Of a stretch of 64,000 bases of DNA, positions 61,795 to 64,000 are shown in pieces. Each line of letters starts with the position of its first letter. Within the stretch, counting starts at the first letter, position 1. Position numbers and translations under genes: made by a program. The DNA lies in NCBI GenBank assembly GCA_001179505.1, contig CDMY01000267.1, positions 78,224 to 142,223 of the forward strand, written 5' to 3'. Origin of the DNA: Vitrella brassicaformis CCMP3155 (taxonomy: Eukaryota > Protista > Chromerida). The notes below the pieces were generated by a model. That model did not search any database. It was not told the DNA's origin and saw only the letters and a list, made by a program, of their open reading frames with translations.

Positions 61795-62052
61795 ACGTGC
61801 GATTGTGTCCATCCCATGGATGTGGCAGTAAGTGAGTGACTGAGTGACTTGATGAGTGAGTGAGTGAGATGGTCGGCCCATCGGCTGCCGGCAAGCCATA
61901 CACACATGCTATCCTCCGTCTGCATCCATCTCCCTCCCCCTCGCTTCCCTCACTTGGCCTGGTTGCCTTTCGTCTTCTTTAACACTAGCTCCATCTGCAG
62001 CATGTTGATGAAGCTGTCATCCACACCGTCCCCCTCGCACTCACACGACGGC
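61795..62052. repeat. Inverted fragment of the 3' end and 3' flank of F-box-like paralogue 1 (matches about 29015-29285)
   Basis: Reverse complement reads gtggatgac..atggagctagtgtt..gaaaggcaac.aggccaagtgagggaagcgagggggagggagatggatgcagacggaggatagc. Confidence 0.85.
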
Positions 62053-62459
62053 GAGCGCTCGTTCCTTGTGTTGCCTTGCGGGAGATACCTATGTGACAGA
62101 CAGGAGACGCCACTGCCATGTTGGCGTCTGTCTTGTGGTCTGGTGTGGTGTGATTGCATCTGACTGAATGCTCCTATCTATTTGTGAGACCGACCAGCTG
62201 TGTGTTGGTGTTTATTGCGGTGGTGTGTGCGTCAGGGAATACACGTCAGGAGATTTGGTGCGTTGTTTGTTCTACCCTCCGGGGACGCAATGCGCCGACA
62301 CACATGGGCCTGGCGGCTTCACAACACACATACATACACACGAATGCGGCAAGGATGCCGGTCCATCCAATGCTGCACTGTCGCATACAGTACATGTCAG
62401 TCAGTCACTTGGTCAGTCAGTCAGTCAGTCTGCCTGGGGCGACAAACGATTCGACGGTC

Positions 62460-64000
62460 TCACTCGCTCGCCATCCCCTCGACCGACCAATCGATAGACA
62501 CGCTCATCGCATCACAACAAATCACACGCACAGTCCGTCCCCTCCCTCCCTTTGTCTCACACACCCATCCGACGCGTCTCTCGATCCGCTGGAAGAGGTC
62601 CAGCCGCTCGCCCGTCCGGCTGTCCGTCCACAGCTTCACGGGGTGCGGTGCGATGCCGCGGGCCGGGTTGCCCACCAAACGCTCGTTGCCCTTTGTCTGC
62701 AGGCACACATAGACACACACATACGAGAGAGAGAGGGAGACATGGACATATGGAAAGGCCTAGTGGCTCCCTCCCTTGTGCCTTGCCTAACACACCTTGA
62801 TGATCAAGGCCGCGTAGGAGATGTGCTGTCGGATGTCGGCAGCGATGCCAAACATCTTGGCCTTTTCATGCACGTTGAGGCTGGGGATGTCATAGCTGTC
62901 CTGCAGGTGCGGCTCAGCGGCGAATTTGCCCACGCCTTTGGCCAGCACGACTGCCGGGACGCCGTGGGCCGCCTCGAGGTGATTGAAGAGAGGCGAGTGG
63001 AAGGCGGCGTCCTTGCCCTTGAGCCAGCGGACCGGCCGCAGGGCGTCGTTGACTACATTCTCCACCTCAAGACGCACCTGCCTTCGACGCATCCGCTCCG
63101 CCGCGGTCTCGGCCTCCTTCGTGTCCTTCTTGTCCTTCTTGTCCTCACGGACCCTCGCCGCCTCCTCTTTGCTCCTGGCTGCACGAGTCGCCTGACAAGT
63201 ACCCGCCAGCCAGCCACAAAAGTCAGTACCATATGAGCATTAACGTTTCCTCCTCACTGACTGACGCACCTGTTCGATTCTTTTGGCCGCTGCCTCTATG
63301 GCCGCCTCTGCCGGCGACAGGCGCTTCCTCTTTTTCCCTGCAGCCGGCTGTCGGCCACCGGCATCACCCTGCGCTGGCAAGATGCTGCCCATGCCGCCCT
63401 CCCCAATCAACACTCGCAGACGATCTAGTGGAATGGCCGGATGCAACGCCGCGATGGACAATGGCCTCAGGTGGGCCTCCCCTCCGTCCACGCTCACCGC
63501 CTCGTTGACGTGCACTTTGGCCCCATGGCGACAAAGCCATTTGATAGTCGCAGTCCCGCTCGCATGATGGCCGCGGTGGGACGCTGCTGCGACGTGCAGG
63601 GGCCGCCAGCCCTGCGCGTCCTGAGTGCGGATGAGGGCGGCTCCTCCCTTGGCGTGCAGCAGATCGAGCAGCTGCTCCTGCCGCTTGGGGTCCTTCAGGG
63701 GCAGCTCACAGAAACGGTGGAGGGCCGTCTGGAGGTTGGAGTCGGTGTCGGTGGCCAGGGACGGGTCGGCGGACAGCAGTGACTCAGCGATGCGCACCTT
63801 GTTTTCGTCGGAGACGGTCTTGGCCTCAGCGAGGGCGTGAAGCAGGCCTTGGCCGGCCAGCTGCGGTCGGCCCTTCAGCAGAGCATCGACAGCCCCACAA
63901 ACGCCCCTCTCCACAGCTGTCTTGCGGGCCATCCCTTCGCCCATCCCCTCCCCGACGTCCATGTCCACGTCTCCGTGCGCATCACGGCTGGCGGTGCGGG
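62460..64000 (-). CDS. Ankyrin-repeat protein, copy 2 (partial; open across the visible region)
   Basis: ORF 63240-63968 reads through IRTQDAQGWRPLHVAA where copy 1 has a stop; exon structure matches copy 1. Confidence 0.8.

Noticed and set aside
61950-62159. Chimeric last exon joining ankyrin copy 2 to the F-box remnant
   Set aside because: The ankyrin CDS appears to stop earlier (GMASE* at 62460), so this short ORF lies beyond the stop; no evidence that it is translated.
1-64000. Many long ORF-track entries rich in THTH/VCVC/QTDR/LSVC, and antisense ORFs over real exons
   Set aside because: They are translations of intronic microsatellites or GC-rich shadow frames.
1-64000. Transposable elements, viral genes, rRNA/tRNA, CRISPR
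   Set aside because: No RT, integrase, transposase or capsid motifs, terminal repeats, cloverleaf or repeat-spacer array were seen by eye; small ncRNAs could be missed without a covariance search.

Overview
Eukaryotic, GC-rich, intron-dense nuclear DNA. It most resembles a chromerid alveolate such as Vitrella; this is an inference from microsatellite-filled introns, signal-peptide plus Phe plastid leaders and alveolate-type genes. I can build about 22 gene models by hand. They include a plastid-leader glutaredoxin, AP-1 gamma adaptin, a PH plus permuted-papain enzyme, an Spc24-like protein, a GT90 glycosyltransferase head-to-head with a PAN-GH81-Cys-repeat glucanase, DDX24/MAK5, an NmrA-like protein and an RPAP3-like TPR protein. 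There are also two paralogues of an F-box-like family and two copies of an ankyrin gene; one member of each pair carries a lesion. The standout is 37045-44004 (-), where splice sites join PITP, PH, a transmembrane hairpin, START and an oxysterol-binding (ORD) domain in one reading frame, giving three different lipid-transfer modules in one polypeptide. Other notable points are a Glu-to-Gly change at the GH81 catalytic motif and complementary (CA/CAGA) 5' versus (GT/TCTG) 3' microsatellites in many introns. I saw no rRNA, tRNA, CRISPR array or transposon ORF. Gene spans include introns, and exon models are manual and not verified by RNA data.
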